The notes under the pieces: generated by a model | Database searches by the model: none | What the model was told of the DNA's origin: nothing | The model's input: only the letters and a program-made list of their open reading frames with translations | Assembly: GCA_965217775.1 (NCBI GenBank) | Contig: CBDCJH010000002.1 | Span: 2,240,001 to 2,304,000 of the forward strand | DNA: 64,000 bases | Direction of reading: 5' to 3' | Source: Acidobacteriota bacterium | GTDB lineage: Bacteria > Acidobacteriota > UBA6911 > RPQK01 > JAJDTT01 | Part shown: positions 19,726-29,555 of the stretch, in pieces | Layout: the number at the start of each line of letters is the position of its first letter | How positions within the stretch are numbered: position 1 is the first letter of the stretch | Translations under genes and position numbers: made by a program

Positions 19726-20594
19726 CACGAGACGAAGGGAGACCGGCGAGACTCCGCCGGGGTCCGGGACCCTGGGCTCGATTCTTGCGCCACCGGCTCG
19801 CCTGCGGTGGCTCGGTCTTCCTGGGAATCATCATCCTGGCCGCCCTCCTGGCTCCCTGGGTGGGCCGGCACGACCCCTTCCATACGGAACTGGAACATCT
19901 CAACCAGGCACCCGACGCCGTCCATTGGCTGGGGACGGATCTGATCGGAAGAGATGTCTGGAGCCGGGTGATCCATGGCAGCCGCACCTCTCTGACCGTG
20001 GGAATCCTGGCAGTCGTCCTCTCCACGCTGATCGGCTCGCTGCTGGGTGCGCTGGCGGGATATTCAGGTGGTGTCGTCGATCAGGCCGTCATGAGGGCCA
20101 CGGAAGTCATGATGAGCATCCCGGTCCTGCTCATGGTCATGCTCTTCGTCTCGCTGCTGGGGCCCAGTCTCACCTCGGTCACCCTGGTCATCGGGCTGCT
20201 GGGCTGGTCCAGCACCTGCCGCGTCGTGAGGGGAGAGGTCCTGGTGCTGCGAGAGAAGGATTTCATCATGGCGGCCCGGTCCCTGGGCAACGGCCACGCC
20301 CGCGTCATCCTGCGGCACATCCTGCCCAACACCGTGGGCCCACTGAGCGTGATCGCCACCTTCGGTTTCGCCAACGCCATCCTGCTGGAGGCGGCGCTCA
20401 GCTTTCTGGGCCTGGGAGTCCCCCCTCCCACGCCGAGTTGGGGAGGGATGCTCAACGAGGCGCAGTCGCCCACGGTGCTGGCCGACATGCCCTGGCTCTG
20501 GATGGCGCCCGGGGCCGCCATCGCCGTGACGGTGCTGGCCGTCAATTTCATCGGGGACGGACTGAGAGACTCGGCGGACGTTCGATCCCTTTGA
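19716..20594 (+). CDS. ABC transporter permease (DppC/OppC-like)
   Basis: HWLGTDLIGRDVWSR; HILPN; EAALSFLGLG; NFIGDGLRD. Confidence 0.9.
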   Translation: MDLTRDEGRPARLRRGPGPWARFLRHRLACGGSVFLGIIILAALLAPWVGRHDPFHTELEHLNQAPDAVHWLGTDLIGRDVWSRVIHGSRTSLTVGILAVVLSTLIGSLLGALAGYSGGVVDQAVMRATEVMMSIPVLLMVMLFVSLLGPSLTSVTLVIGLLGWSSTCRVVRGEVLVLREKDFIMAARSLGNGHARVILRHILPNTVGPLSVIATFGFANAILLEAALSFLGLGVPPPTPSWGGMLNEAQSPTVLADMPWLWMAPGAAIAVTVLAVNFIGDGLRDSADVRSL

Positions 20595-20619
20595 GACGGA
20601 TCGCTTCGGCCCAGTGAAC

Positions 20620-22489
20620 TCAATTTGCCACCAGACCCAGTTCCCCGGCCTTCCGCCGAATCTGGTCCATTCGATCCTGGACCGGAACCAGTCGGTTCCC
20701 GTCCGGCGTGGCGCGAGCCAAGTGGAAGAATTCGTACAGATCGAAACCGGCGAAGCGACGGTCGCGCCAGATTTGTTCCATGTCCTCTACATATTCTTCG
20801 ATGGGAATGGCCCGGGCCACGTACCGGTTCAGGTAGACCGGAAGGCCCAGGTGTTCCGTCACCTCCAGGACCTCTCCCACCACCGGGTCGGCCAGGACGT
20901 CGTTCAGCCTGCTTCTCCGAGCTGGAGATCCGTCCAACGGATCCTCGGCGGCCTCGTACCAACTGGATCTCAGGGTCACGGCGTCGGCCAGTCCCTCGTC
21001 CAGCCATTGCCGCCAGGCGAAGTGGATGTTGGCCGGGAAACCCATAAGCTGACCGAAGACGGGATCGGGACGGAACGCCTCGGTGTGGACCTGCACCTGG
21101 AAGAGCTTCCCGGCTCTCCGGGTCATGGCGCTGGCTTCGCGGACGAATCGGGTGTAGGCCTCGCCCCGCAGAGCGCCCAGGAGGTCCGGATCGAAGTCTT
21201 CCCGCCGGATGTCGACTCCGTGCCGTTCCCGGTAGGCCTCCACCACGGGAGGGTTGAAACCGTACTCGCAGGGCTCGTCGGTGAGGGTCCCGTGAGCCGA
21301 GGCGCGGAGCACGACGCCGTCAACGCCCTTTTCCAACATGCGGTTGACACGCCACCTCCAGAGCCGCCGGACCTCGGGATAGAACTCGCACGGCGCGACC
21401 GGCAGATAGTCGTTCTTGCCCCGGGCAAATGCAATGAAACCACCTCCGGGCCCCCGACCCAGCTCGGCCCGATGTTCATGCCAGGTGCGGGTCTGCGATG
21501 CTTTCGGCGTCGACCCTTCGGCCGCTGGTTCCCGGACCCCGTCCAGATGGAGCAGACGGGTCCCATATCCCGAGTCGAACTCCAGGCCGTAAGTGCGGAA
21601 GTCGCGCGGCCGAACCCAGGTGGCGTCCCCAGTGGCCACCACAATGGGCAGGGTTTCGGGACCCGGACCGAAGACTTGGATCATGCCCAGAGCCGTATTC
21701 TCGAAGTCGGCCGTTCCGTCTCGGAACTTGGTGGCCACCACCAGATAGGGGTCTCGGAGATCGAAACCCGTGAGGGTGAGAACCCGGACGGAATCTCCTT
21801 TTCTGGTAACCACTTGTCCGTAATAGTCTCGAATTTCCTGGAGGGACGGATCCACCGTCTCTTCGAGCCGGAAGTCCACCTGCCGGCACCGGTACCGGTA
21901 GTTGTCCGGACTGCTCCAGATCTCCAGATGCCGGGCCCGGATTCGAGTGGGAGAATCGTCCCGTTTGATCAGCCGAATCCGGCGAATGGGAATGGCTTGT
22001 AGGTTCAGCGTACCCTTCAGAGGACGGCGCTGGATCCGGGTGTGTGGAAACCTTTCCATGAACGGGTTGAAGCACTGGAGACTTCCCCCGATCCGGCGCA
22101 CCGGCGTTGCGGGGTCCGAATCCGGCGAGCCTTCGGGATAGGTGGCCGACATCCCGGTGTGATAGGGCTTCAGGACCCCGAAGATTTCCAGGCCCCGGCG
22201 GTGGGCCGCCCGCACGGCGGCCTCCAACGGCTCCCCGATCGCCGCCAGCGTGAGGGGCCCGTACTTCGCCCAAGGGGTCGCGAAGCATGTTGGTTCCGGC
22301 GCCGTAACGGTCCTGCTCCAAGTCTCCCAGGTACTGCCAGTACACCCGGGTGACTCCCAGACGGCGGGCCGCCCGCATCATCAGGTCCAGGGTGTGAGGC
22401 GTATAGAGCCCCCTGCCCCCGTCACCGAAGAAATCCACCGTCATGGAGAGCTTGAATGGCGGCTCTCGGTCGACCCGGACCGGCGGCAT
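20620..22489 (-). pseudogene. GHL10/DUF187-like protein split by a frameshift near 22270 (pseudogene, sequencing error or +1 slip)
   Basis: The N-terminus (MTVDFF..GVTRVYWQY) is in the frame of ORF 21476..22489 and the body (EAAVRAAHRRGLE...) is in the frame of ORF 20620..22227. Dropping one T in GAC CCC TTG GGC joins them as DPWAKYGPLTLAAIGEPLEAAV. Confidence 0.65.
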
Positions 22490-22502
22490 GGAGTCCCCGC
22501 GG

Positions 22503-23612
22503 TCAGGAGATGTGGGCGCCCTGGGTCTCGACGTAAACGGCGTAGAGTGACTGGCTGGCGGTCATGAAGAGGCGGTTGCGCTTCCGGCCTCCGAAGCAGA
22601 CGTTGCCGCAGATCTCGGGGAGGCGGATCTGCCCGATGCGTTCCCCGTCCGGAGCGAAGATGTGGACTCCATCGTATCCATTTCCGACCCAGCCGGCGCT
22701 GGCCCAGACGTTGCCGTCCACGTCGGCCCGGATCCCGTCGGCGAAGCCCGCCTTTCCGTTCAACTCCATGGAGGTGAACTCGCGGCCGCCGGAGAGGCGT
22801 TTCCCGTCGACCACGTCCCAGACCTTGATGTGCTTGGGAGCCTCCGGGTAGTGGGAGGCGCCGGTGTCGGCCACGTAGAGCTTCTTGTAGTCCGGAGAGA
22901 AGCAGAGCCCGTTGGGCTTGAAGATCTCGTCCGTCACCTTGTCCATCCGGCCGCTCGCGGCGTCGATCCGGTAGACGGCTTCCTTGATGTGGAGCGTTCC
23001 CTTGTGTCCCTCGTAGTTCATGAGACTGCCGTATCCGGGATCGGTGAACCAGATAGCGCCGTCGTCCGGATGCACCACCACATCGTTGGGAGCGTTGAGC
23101 GGCTTCCCATCCCACTCGCTGGCCAGCACCGTGGGCGTGCCGTCCGGCTCGTAACGCACGACCCGCCGGGTGCCGTGCTCGCAGGAGATCTGGCGTCCCT
23201 GGTAATCGAACGTATTCCCGTTGCTGTTTCCCGAGGGGGACCGGAAAACGCTCACGTGTCCGTCCTCGTCCAGCCAGCGCAACTGCCGGTCGTTGGGAAT
23301 GTCGCTCCAGACCAGGTAACGTCCCACCCCACTCCAGGCGGGTCCCTCCGCCCAGAGGGTTCCGGTGTAAAGGCGCTGGATGGGCGTATTGCCCAACTTG
23401 TAGCGGGCGAAGCGTTGGTCCAGCACGACGATGTCGGGGTCCGGATAGCGCACCGGTTGCGCCGAGGGTCCATATTCCCTGCCCAGGACGGGAACCGACG
23501 CGGCCGCAGCCGCCAGGAAGGAGCGCCGCCCCCATCGGTCCCATCGATAGGAAGAAGTTTTTGATGTATGGCTTCTTATCGTTTTCATCTGTGCACTGGC
23601 ACCTGTCTTCAT
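22503..23612 (-). CDS. SMP-30/gluconolactonase family protein with Tat-like signal
   Basis: RRSFLAAAAA; WAEGPAW; SNGNTFD; LNAPND; IWFTDPGYG; PNGLCFSPD; ADGIRAD. GGAGG RBS before ATG 23612. Confidence 0.88.
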   Translation of the reverse strand: MKTGASAQMKTIRSHTSKTSSYRWDRWGRRSFLAAAAASVPVLGREYGPSAQPVRYPDPDIVVLDQRFARYKLGNTPIQRLYTGTLWAEGPAWSGVGRYLVWSDIPNDRQLRWLDEDGHVSVFRSPSGNSNGNTFDYQGRQISCEHGTRRVVRYEPDGTPTVLASEWDGKPLNAPNDVVVHPDDGAIWFTDPGYGSLMNYEGHKGTLHIKEAVYRIDAASGRMDKVTDEIFKPNGLCFSPDYKKLYVADTGASHYPEAPKHIKVWDVVDGKRLSGGREFTSMELNGKAGFADGIRADVDGNVWASAGWVGNGYDGVHIFAPDGERIGQIRLPEICGNVCFGGRKRNRLFMTASQSLYAVYVETQGAHIS

Positions 23613-23743
23613 ATGGAACCTCCGTCCCCAGGATTGCACATCTCGCTGCCGGGATGAAGTAGACGGGCTCGCACAAACGATCCCAGCTGAATGGAAACGC
23701 ACCGACGAACACCCGACCTCAGGAGGTGCTACTATTCGTTACC

Positions 23744-24229
23744 ATGCCAAATCAAGAAACCGTCCGATTGGTTTGGCACGAGTTGGTGGACTCCGATCGG
23801 CTGCGCCGCTACTACGGCTACTTGGCGGACAAATTCTCAAGACAAGAAACACGACTTTCATGGATCTGTGTCGGCTTGTCCTCCGGTACCGTGGTTACCG
23901 TATTGTCGGATCGTCCGCTTTGGGCTGCCACCCTGGCTGCCCTGATCGCTCTACTCAATGGCTGGTTGGTCATAGCGAAGCTTTCAAAGAGGGCTTTGTC
24001 GAGCGCCTCCCGCCAGTAGCGTTTCGGTGAGTTGCAACTTGAATGGGAAAAGTTGTGTTCCGACTTGAGCGCAATGGAGGACGATGCCGTTTGCCGACGC
24101 TGGAGACAACTGTCCGATCGACCCAGCATTCCGCCAAGTCGGCCGCCTGACCGACCGGGCGGCACAGTGACCAAGGCCGGTTGGCTACCACCGGCGACGC
24201 CACTTCCGCCCCTCCACCTCTGCCCCTGA
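23744..24229 (+). pseudogene. Two-TM (SLATT-like) membrane protein interrupted by an in-frame TAG
   Basis: RYYGYLA..two hydrophobic helices; TAG at 24017-24019, then the same frame continues RFGELQLEWEKL. The 3' limit is uncertain. Confidence 0.5.
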
Positions 24230-24384
24230 AAAAGTGAGGAGTCGAAGAACCGTTCCCTGACCAGAAACCCCGAGTTGGCCTGCTGTGGCATGGTGTTTCG
24301 TCGAGTGAGCCGGTACCGCGCGGAGACGACAAATCCCTGTAGCGGAAAATGACTCGATAGATGGCACCGGACAGGAGAAGACGG

Positions 24385-26514
24385 ATGAAGGAGATTTTTG
24401 ACTGGGTTCCGTGGTTTCAGGGGCTCGCGAGCAGGATTCGAAAGGAAGAACGGAAGTATCTGGCTGCAAAGGCCAAGCAGGTGGACTGGCATGGCGCCGA
24501 CCCGCTGTTGCTCAATATCGGGGATGAGAACATCGACCCGTTTTCGTTTTTCTCCTACTTGGCTACGAGAAACTCTCGACAAGGGTGGAAGACAGTCTAT
24601 CCAAGTGTTGCCGACGTGTTCGAAAATCCAGTCTCCCTTGATCCACCGCCTAAGGAGGGATTTTATTTCCCTTCTCCGGATCCTCGAAATGTCCTGTTCT
24701 ATGACAAGACCGGTCGTAACCCCGAACTGCTGTGGAAGTTGTTTGAGCAGGCATTGTCGGACTCGGTGACTGAAGAGAATTTCACGGGAGCACTGGACAT
24801 TAAAGGGGTCGGGGTCGCCAAGCTCACACAAACTCTCTTTCTGATCAATCCGACACGTTTTCTCCCCTTCGATAGCCATAGCACACTCTCACTGGGAATT
24901 GGGAAGTACAGCAAGCGACCGTCCAAGCTCACATGGAGCGAATATTGTCAAGAGCTGGAGAAGATCAGGAACGTGTTCTCCGAATGTAAATGTTACGAAA
25001 TCAACATGTTCTCGTATTTGCGGAACAAAGGCCGGATACCCGTAAATATCAGTCGTCGCTACCAAGTCAGCACGAATGTTTATGACGACGGTCGGGATTT
25101 TCGCAAAGAGTTCCATGAAAACAACTACGTTTACACTGGGGGCCCGGGAAAAGGTAGACCGTGGCCAGTTCCGGGGGAGTCGGTTCAGAGAGGTGGCTAC
25201 CCGCTTGAAAGGCCGGACCCCGGGGACATCGTGCTCGTTCGACACGGACTATCGCAGGGTCTTGGGATTGGCATCGTGTACAAGAACGACTACAAGGAAA
25301 ATAGTCTTTCCTCCGACAGCAAACTGCACGTGCTGTGGGTGAACAAGGCGTCCAGCCAGTTGGCACCACATCAGATTAGAAGGCTGTGGGGTTTTAGGGG
25401 AGCCAATAAGTTCGCGGATGTATATCGGTCGACTGCCGTATACGCTCCTACGTTTGATCTGCTTGATCGGCTTGACCGAAACGCTCCCCCAAAGACAGTA
25501 CAAGTTCCGCCGGGTCCAGGGCCCGCAGAACGAGTAAGACACCCGCTCAACCAGATTCTCTACGGGCCACCGGGCACGGGAAAAACCTATGACACGGCAC
25601 GACGATGCGTCGAGATCTGTGACGGCTCCGCGGTGCAATCACATGAGGATGTTCGGCGGCGTTATACCAAGCTTGTCGAACAGAAACGGGTTGAATTCGT
25701 CACCTTTCACCAGTCCTACGGCTACGAAGAGTTCGTCGAGGGTCTCCGACCCGAGACAGGTGGAAGTCAGGACGCCGAATCCGATCTCGGATTTCGGCTC
25801 GTCCCGCGTGCCGGTGTACTCAAGCGCATTGCGGAACAAGCTCGCAAAAAGCAGTCGCCCCATGTCCTCGTCATCGACGAGATCAACCGCGCCAACATCT
25901 CCAAGGTGATGGGGGAACTCGTTACGCTTCTGGAGAAGGACAAGCGGGAAGGCGCCGACAATGAGCTCGTCGTGACGCTACCCTACTCCGGCAAGCGCTT
26001 TGCTCTGCCTGCGAACCTCCACATTCTCGGCACGATGAACACCGCAGACCGCTCCATCGCGATCCTCGACACCGCACTCCGCCGCCGATTCGAGTTTGAG
26101 GAGCTGCCACCCGATCCCGGAACACTGAAAGAGGCTGCCAAATCAACCGACATTGACCTGCCGGAAGTGCTCCGCGCCATGAACGAGCGTCTGGAATGGC
26201 TCGTGGACCGCGACCACCTTATCGGGCACGCCTGGCTGATGGGTGCACGCACCAAGGAGGATGTCGACCGCATCATGCGCCGCAAGGTCATTCCACTTGT
26301 CGCCGAGTACTTCTACGACGACTGGGAGAAAGTCCGTGCCGTCCTCGGTGGGACCGACGATTTTGTGCGACGCAAACGACTGAAGCCACCGCCGGGACTC
26401 GACGACCCGGGAGAAGTGCGCTACCGCTGGATCGTGCGGCAAAAAAGCTTTCCTTCGGAAGCCTACCAACGCCTGATCTCCGGCGGCGCGGACGCGGAAA
26501 CCGGGGTGGAATGA
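24385..26514 (+). CDS. mcrB: McrB-family GTPase of a type IV restriction system
   Basis: LNQILYGPPGTGKTY; VTFHQSYGYEEFVEG; IDEINRAN; GTMNTADRS (NxxD); ALRRRF; IGHAWL. Confidence 0.92.
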   Translation: MKEIFDWVPWFQGLASRIRKEERKYLAAKAKQVDWHGADPLLLNIGDENIDPFSFFSYLATRNSRQGWKTVYPSVADVFENPVSLDPPPKEGFYFPSPDPRNVLFYDKTGRNPELLWKLFEQALSDSVTEENFTGALDIKGVGVAKLTQTLFLINPTRFLPFDSHSTLSLGIGKYSKRPSKLTWSEYCQELEKIRNVFSECKCYEINMFSYLRNKGRIPVNISRRYQVSTNVYDDGRDFRKEFHENNYVYTGGPGKGRPWPVPGESVQRGGYPLERPDPGDIVLVRHGLSQGLGIGIVYKNDYKENSLSSDSKLHVLWVNKASSQLAPHQIRRLWGFRGANKFADVYRSTAVYAPTFDLLDRLDRNAPPKTVQVPPGPGPAERVRHPLNQILYGPPGTGKTYDTARRCVEICDGSAVQSHEDVRRRYTKLVEQKRVEFVTFHQSYGYEEFVEGLRPETGGSQDAESDLGFRLVPRAGVLKRIAEQARKKQSPHVLVIDEINRANISKVMGELVTLLEKDKREGADNELVVTLPYSGKRFALPANLHILGTMNTADRSIAILDTALRRRFEFEELPPDPGTLKEAAKSTDIDLPEVLRAMNERLEWLVDRDHLIGHAWLMGARTKEDVDRIMRRKVIPLVAEYFYDDWEKVRAVLGGTDDFVRRKRLKPPPGLDDPGEVRYRWIVRQKSFPSEAYQRLISGGADAETGVE

Positions 26515-27761
26515 CTCCATCATCGTGCCTGACGTGCCGGGAGTGGGGCGAATTGTCAGTCACAGAGAGCGGTCTGAGGGAGTCGGAAGCCAGTCGGCTA
26601 CTCGCCGTGGCCAAAAGCGCCTCTCGCCGGCTGAAATTGCCCAAAACAGCCGTTCTGACCCGCACCTACCGAGGCTTGAAGGCCGGTCAGGTGGTGGGCA
26701 TTCTCGTCATTCCCGGGCGGACACTCGAAATCCTGCCGAAGATCGACGGCGAAATCGGTGTCGTTCGCGCGGCGCTGGTGGGTATGCTAGCGGTGGCGTG
26801 GCGACTGCGCATCCATGACGGCGAACTCGCCGCCCTGTCGACACAACGGCACGATCTGCTGGAGCTCCTGATTCGACTGTTTGCCGAGCGACTGCTGGTG
26901 GCAGTCCGGCGGGGGCTCCCGAGGCGCTACGTCGCGCACCGGGAAGATCTCATGCTGTCGCGCGGCAGCCTCGACGTGGTGCGCCAGTTTACCCATCTGG
27001 CCGTGAGTCCGAACCTGCTGGCCTGCCGTTTTGACGAACTGTCCGAGGACACTCCCCTGAACCGCGTGTTCAAGGCTGCGGTGCTACGCCTCACGAGCCT
27101 CACCCATAGCGCCGAGAACATGCGGCGCCTGGCTGAGCTCACTGCGCGACTGGAATTCGTGGGTGACTCGTCCGACCCATTACGAGAACCGGTTCAACTC
27201 GACCGCACCAACCTCACATTCCACGATCTCCACCGGCTCGCCCGACTTTTACTCTCAGGGGATTGGCAAACCACGACCAGCGGCCGAACTGGAGGTTTCT
27301 CCCTCCTGTTCCCTATGAACAGGCTCTTCGAAACGTTCATCGGGGAGTGCCTCCGGCGGGCTCTCGCACCGCGATCGGTCCGACTGCAAGATACGAGCCA
27401 TCACACCCTGACTACGGAAGACTATCGTTCGCTTTTCCTCCTTCGCCCCGATGTCGTGATCGGAATGCCGGTTCAGCCCGTGATTCTCGACGCCAAGTGG
27501 AAGCGCCTCAACCCACTCGAACGGACCCTCGATGTCGAGCAATCCGACATCTACCAGATGCTCGCCTATGCCCAGGCATACAGCGCCAGACATCTCGTCC
27601 TCCTATATCCTTGGCATCGGAAGTTGGAAAAGGAGGGAATCCTCAGACGTTGGCGGGTGACCGGGTCCCCCCGTCAACTGGATATCGCGGCCATCGACTT
27701 GGGCCGACCAGATTCAGTCGTCCGGACTCTACGCCAAATGGCTAGGCGTGAAGCGTGGTGA
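26511..27761 (+). CDS. mcrC: McrC-family PD-(D/E)xK nuclease subunit
   Basis: EILPKI; DTPLNR; FPMNRLFE; LRPD..ILDAKWK; DIYQMLAY. ATGA-coupled to mcrB. Confidence 0.9.
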   Translation: MTPSSCLTCREWGELSVTESGLRESEASRLLAVAKSASRRLKLPKTAVLTRTYRGLKAGQVVGILVIPGRTLEILPKIDGEIGVVRAALVGMLAVAWRLRIHDGELAALSTQRHDLLELLIRLFAERLLVAVRRGLPRRYVAHREDLMLSRGSLDVVRQFTHLAVSPNLLACRFDELSEDTPLNRVFKAAVLRLTSLTHSAENMRRLAELTARLEFVGDSSDPLREPVQLDRTNLTFHDLHRLARLLLSGDWQTTTSGRTGGFSLLFPMNRLFETFIGECLRRALAPRSVRLQDTSHHTLTTEDYRSLFLLRPDVVIGMPVQPVILDAKWKRLNPLERTLDVEQSDIYQMLAYAQAYSARHLVLLYPWHRKLEKEGILRRWRVTGSPRQLDIAAIDLGRPDSVVRTLRQMARREAW

Positions 27762-28075
27762 TCCTGGGAGAACGTGACATGTTGCCACACAGGAGCGGAG
27801 GCCCGCTCATCCGGAATCGCTCGCGGACAACGGGGTCCTTCCGACAAATTCATCTTCCCACGCCATACCCGTTTGATGGAGATGCGCCAAGATCCCAACC
27901 AATGACGTGCATGACCAAGTCCGGATTTTCCGGCGAAACGAATGCACGACATCCACCGACCCAGATCACGCTTGGTTCTGTCGCGTTGCGCCACGCCATC
28001 TGGTTGAGGTCAGACTGAGATCTCGAAAGTGGGCGAGTACCGAGTCTTCGTGCGCGGCAAGTTGTAGTCGAAACG

Positions 28076-28531
28076 TCACACGGTATTCCAGTTGCGAAGA
28101 AGCACGACCTTGCCGCCCTTGTAGGCACGACGTACATAACGTTCATCCGCGGTAACGAAAATGCCATCCTGAATCAGTGCCACGGCGTGGTAGGCCGCAT
28201 CGTAAAACGTGACGCCGAAGGTAACGGCGAGCTCCACAGTTTGTTTCCGCCATTGTGCGTCGGGCCGCACTTCCGCCAACTGATAATCAATCAGAGAATT
28301 CAGAAGATCGTTCGCCTGATCGGGGAGCCGCCGGACCAGCGTATTCCCCACTTCATAGAGCCAGAGTTGCGGGACGACCAACTTTATGGCACCGGCACGG
28401 GCTTCGCTAAGCAACGCCAATGCAAACCCGGCATCCGGCTCGTCGTCTCCGGGAAGGACCCACTTGAGCAGCACCGAGGCGTCAGGGACGACTATGCTGA
28501 TGGCCGTCGCTCCCGGTCTTGGCGAAGCCAA
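28076..28531 (-). CDS. vapC: PIN-domain toxin
   Basis: VVPDASVLLKW; YEVGN; TFYDAAY; FVTAD. Confidence 0.85.
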   Translation of the reverse strand: MASPRPGATAISIVVPDASVLLKWVLPGDDEPDAGFALALLSEARAGAIKLVVPQLWLYEVGNTLVRRLPDQANDLLNSLIDYQLAEVRPDAQWRKQTVELAVTFGVTFYDAAYHAVALIQDGIFVTADERYVRRAYKGGKVVLLRNWNTV

Positions 28532-28728
28532 CGGACCACCTCGTCGGTGCTGACCGGTGGTAGCGTGGCGCGTATCTCACCCATCCTGGCGACCGCGTCG
28601 CGACGTTTGCGAAGGCGCGCCCATTCCAGAATCGCGACACTGACGGCTCGACTGCGCTCTCCGCGAGGTAGCTTCGCCAGCACGTCCCACGCTTCATCTT
28701 GAATCACGACGTTGACTCGATGGGACAT
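28492..28728 (-). CDS. vapB: RHH-like antitoxin
   Basis: 78 aa, upstream of and overlapping vapC; beta-helix-helix pattern RVNVVI..ERSRAV; GGAGG RBS. Confidence 0.72.
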   Translation of the reverse strand: MSHRVNVVIQDEAWDVLAKLPRGERSRAVSVAILEWARLRKRRDAVARMGEIRATLPPVSTDEVVRWLRQDRERRPSA

Positions 28729-28954
28729 CGTAACTATTCCTCCGTTTCGCTCATGAAACTTATACTATTGCACATTATCCGGCAGATTCCTGGCAACGCT
28801 CGAACTTGGCGAAATCCTGGCGGAGCCCTGTCAGGCCGTGGGCTGCACGCTGCTCGTTTCGCCTCGTTCTACCGGCGTGATGAGGTGAGGAATCTCCGGC
28901 GAGCATCCGCACACATGGACGAAAGACATACCGGGACGGGACTCACCTCCACCT

Positions 28955-29371
28955 CTACTCCGTCGTTTTCGTCGATTCCCGTCGCCGTGTCGCCTCCATG
29001 ATCGGAAGATTCGCCTCGGTGGGAATGTAGATGGTCTCGCTGGAGCCGTCCTGCAACCCCTGAATCCAGAGATACCTCAGATAGGCCTCGTTCCCTTTGA
29101 GGCTGTCCCCGATGATCTTGTTGGCCTCCGCCACTCCCTTGGCCCGTTCTACCTCGGCCTGACTTTCGAATTTTGCCGACTCAAGTCTGGCCTTGGCCTC
29201 TTCCACCCTCACCTTGCGGCTCGATTGCGACTCTCGCAGCTTCGCCTCGCCGGCCAGTCCCTGCTGCCAGACCATGTACTTCGGGCACCCGTACATACCG
29301 CCCACGACGACGAAGATCACGGCCCATGACAGCACCGTTCCATACATCCAACCTTCCGTCTTGTAGTCCAT
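28955..29371 (-). CDS. Short stomatin/prohibitin-tail-like membrane protein (phage-type 'membrane protease subunit')
   Basis: One TM, then PKYMVWQQGLAGEAKL..AEVERAKGVAEANKIIGDSL..YLRYLWI..IYIPTEANLPI. AGGAGG RBS. Confidence 0.7.
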   Translation of the reverse strand: MDYKTEGWMYGTVLSWAVIFVVVGGMYGCPKYMVWQQGLAGEAKLRESQSSRKVRVEEAKARLESAKFESQAEVERAKGVAEANKIIGDSLKGNEAYLRYLWIQGLQDGSSETIYIPTEANLPIMEATRRRESTKTTE

Positions 29372-29555
29372 CTCACGCCTCCTTTCGTCAAGTCCGTGTG
29401 GCCACCGCTCATCGACGGCCTCCACACTTGCTACAACGGGTGAAAGGCTGTTTCCGCGAAGTAAATTGAACCGAATCAGGCCAGCCGAGCCCTCGCCGAA
29501 CGTTCCGGTACTGGCAGTTTGCCCATGGCCGGCCAAATCGGGTTAGAATCGGCGG

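Noticed and set aside
24017-24019. TAG read-through as pyrrolysine or a recoded stop
   Set aside because: TAG ends many normal genes here (ltaE, glnS) and there are no pyl genes; a nonsense mutation is simpler.
27762-28075. Short ORFs between mcrC and vapC
   Set aside because: No motifs, RBS or structure; treated as intergenic or decayed DNA.
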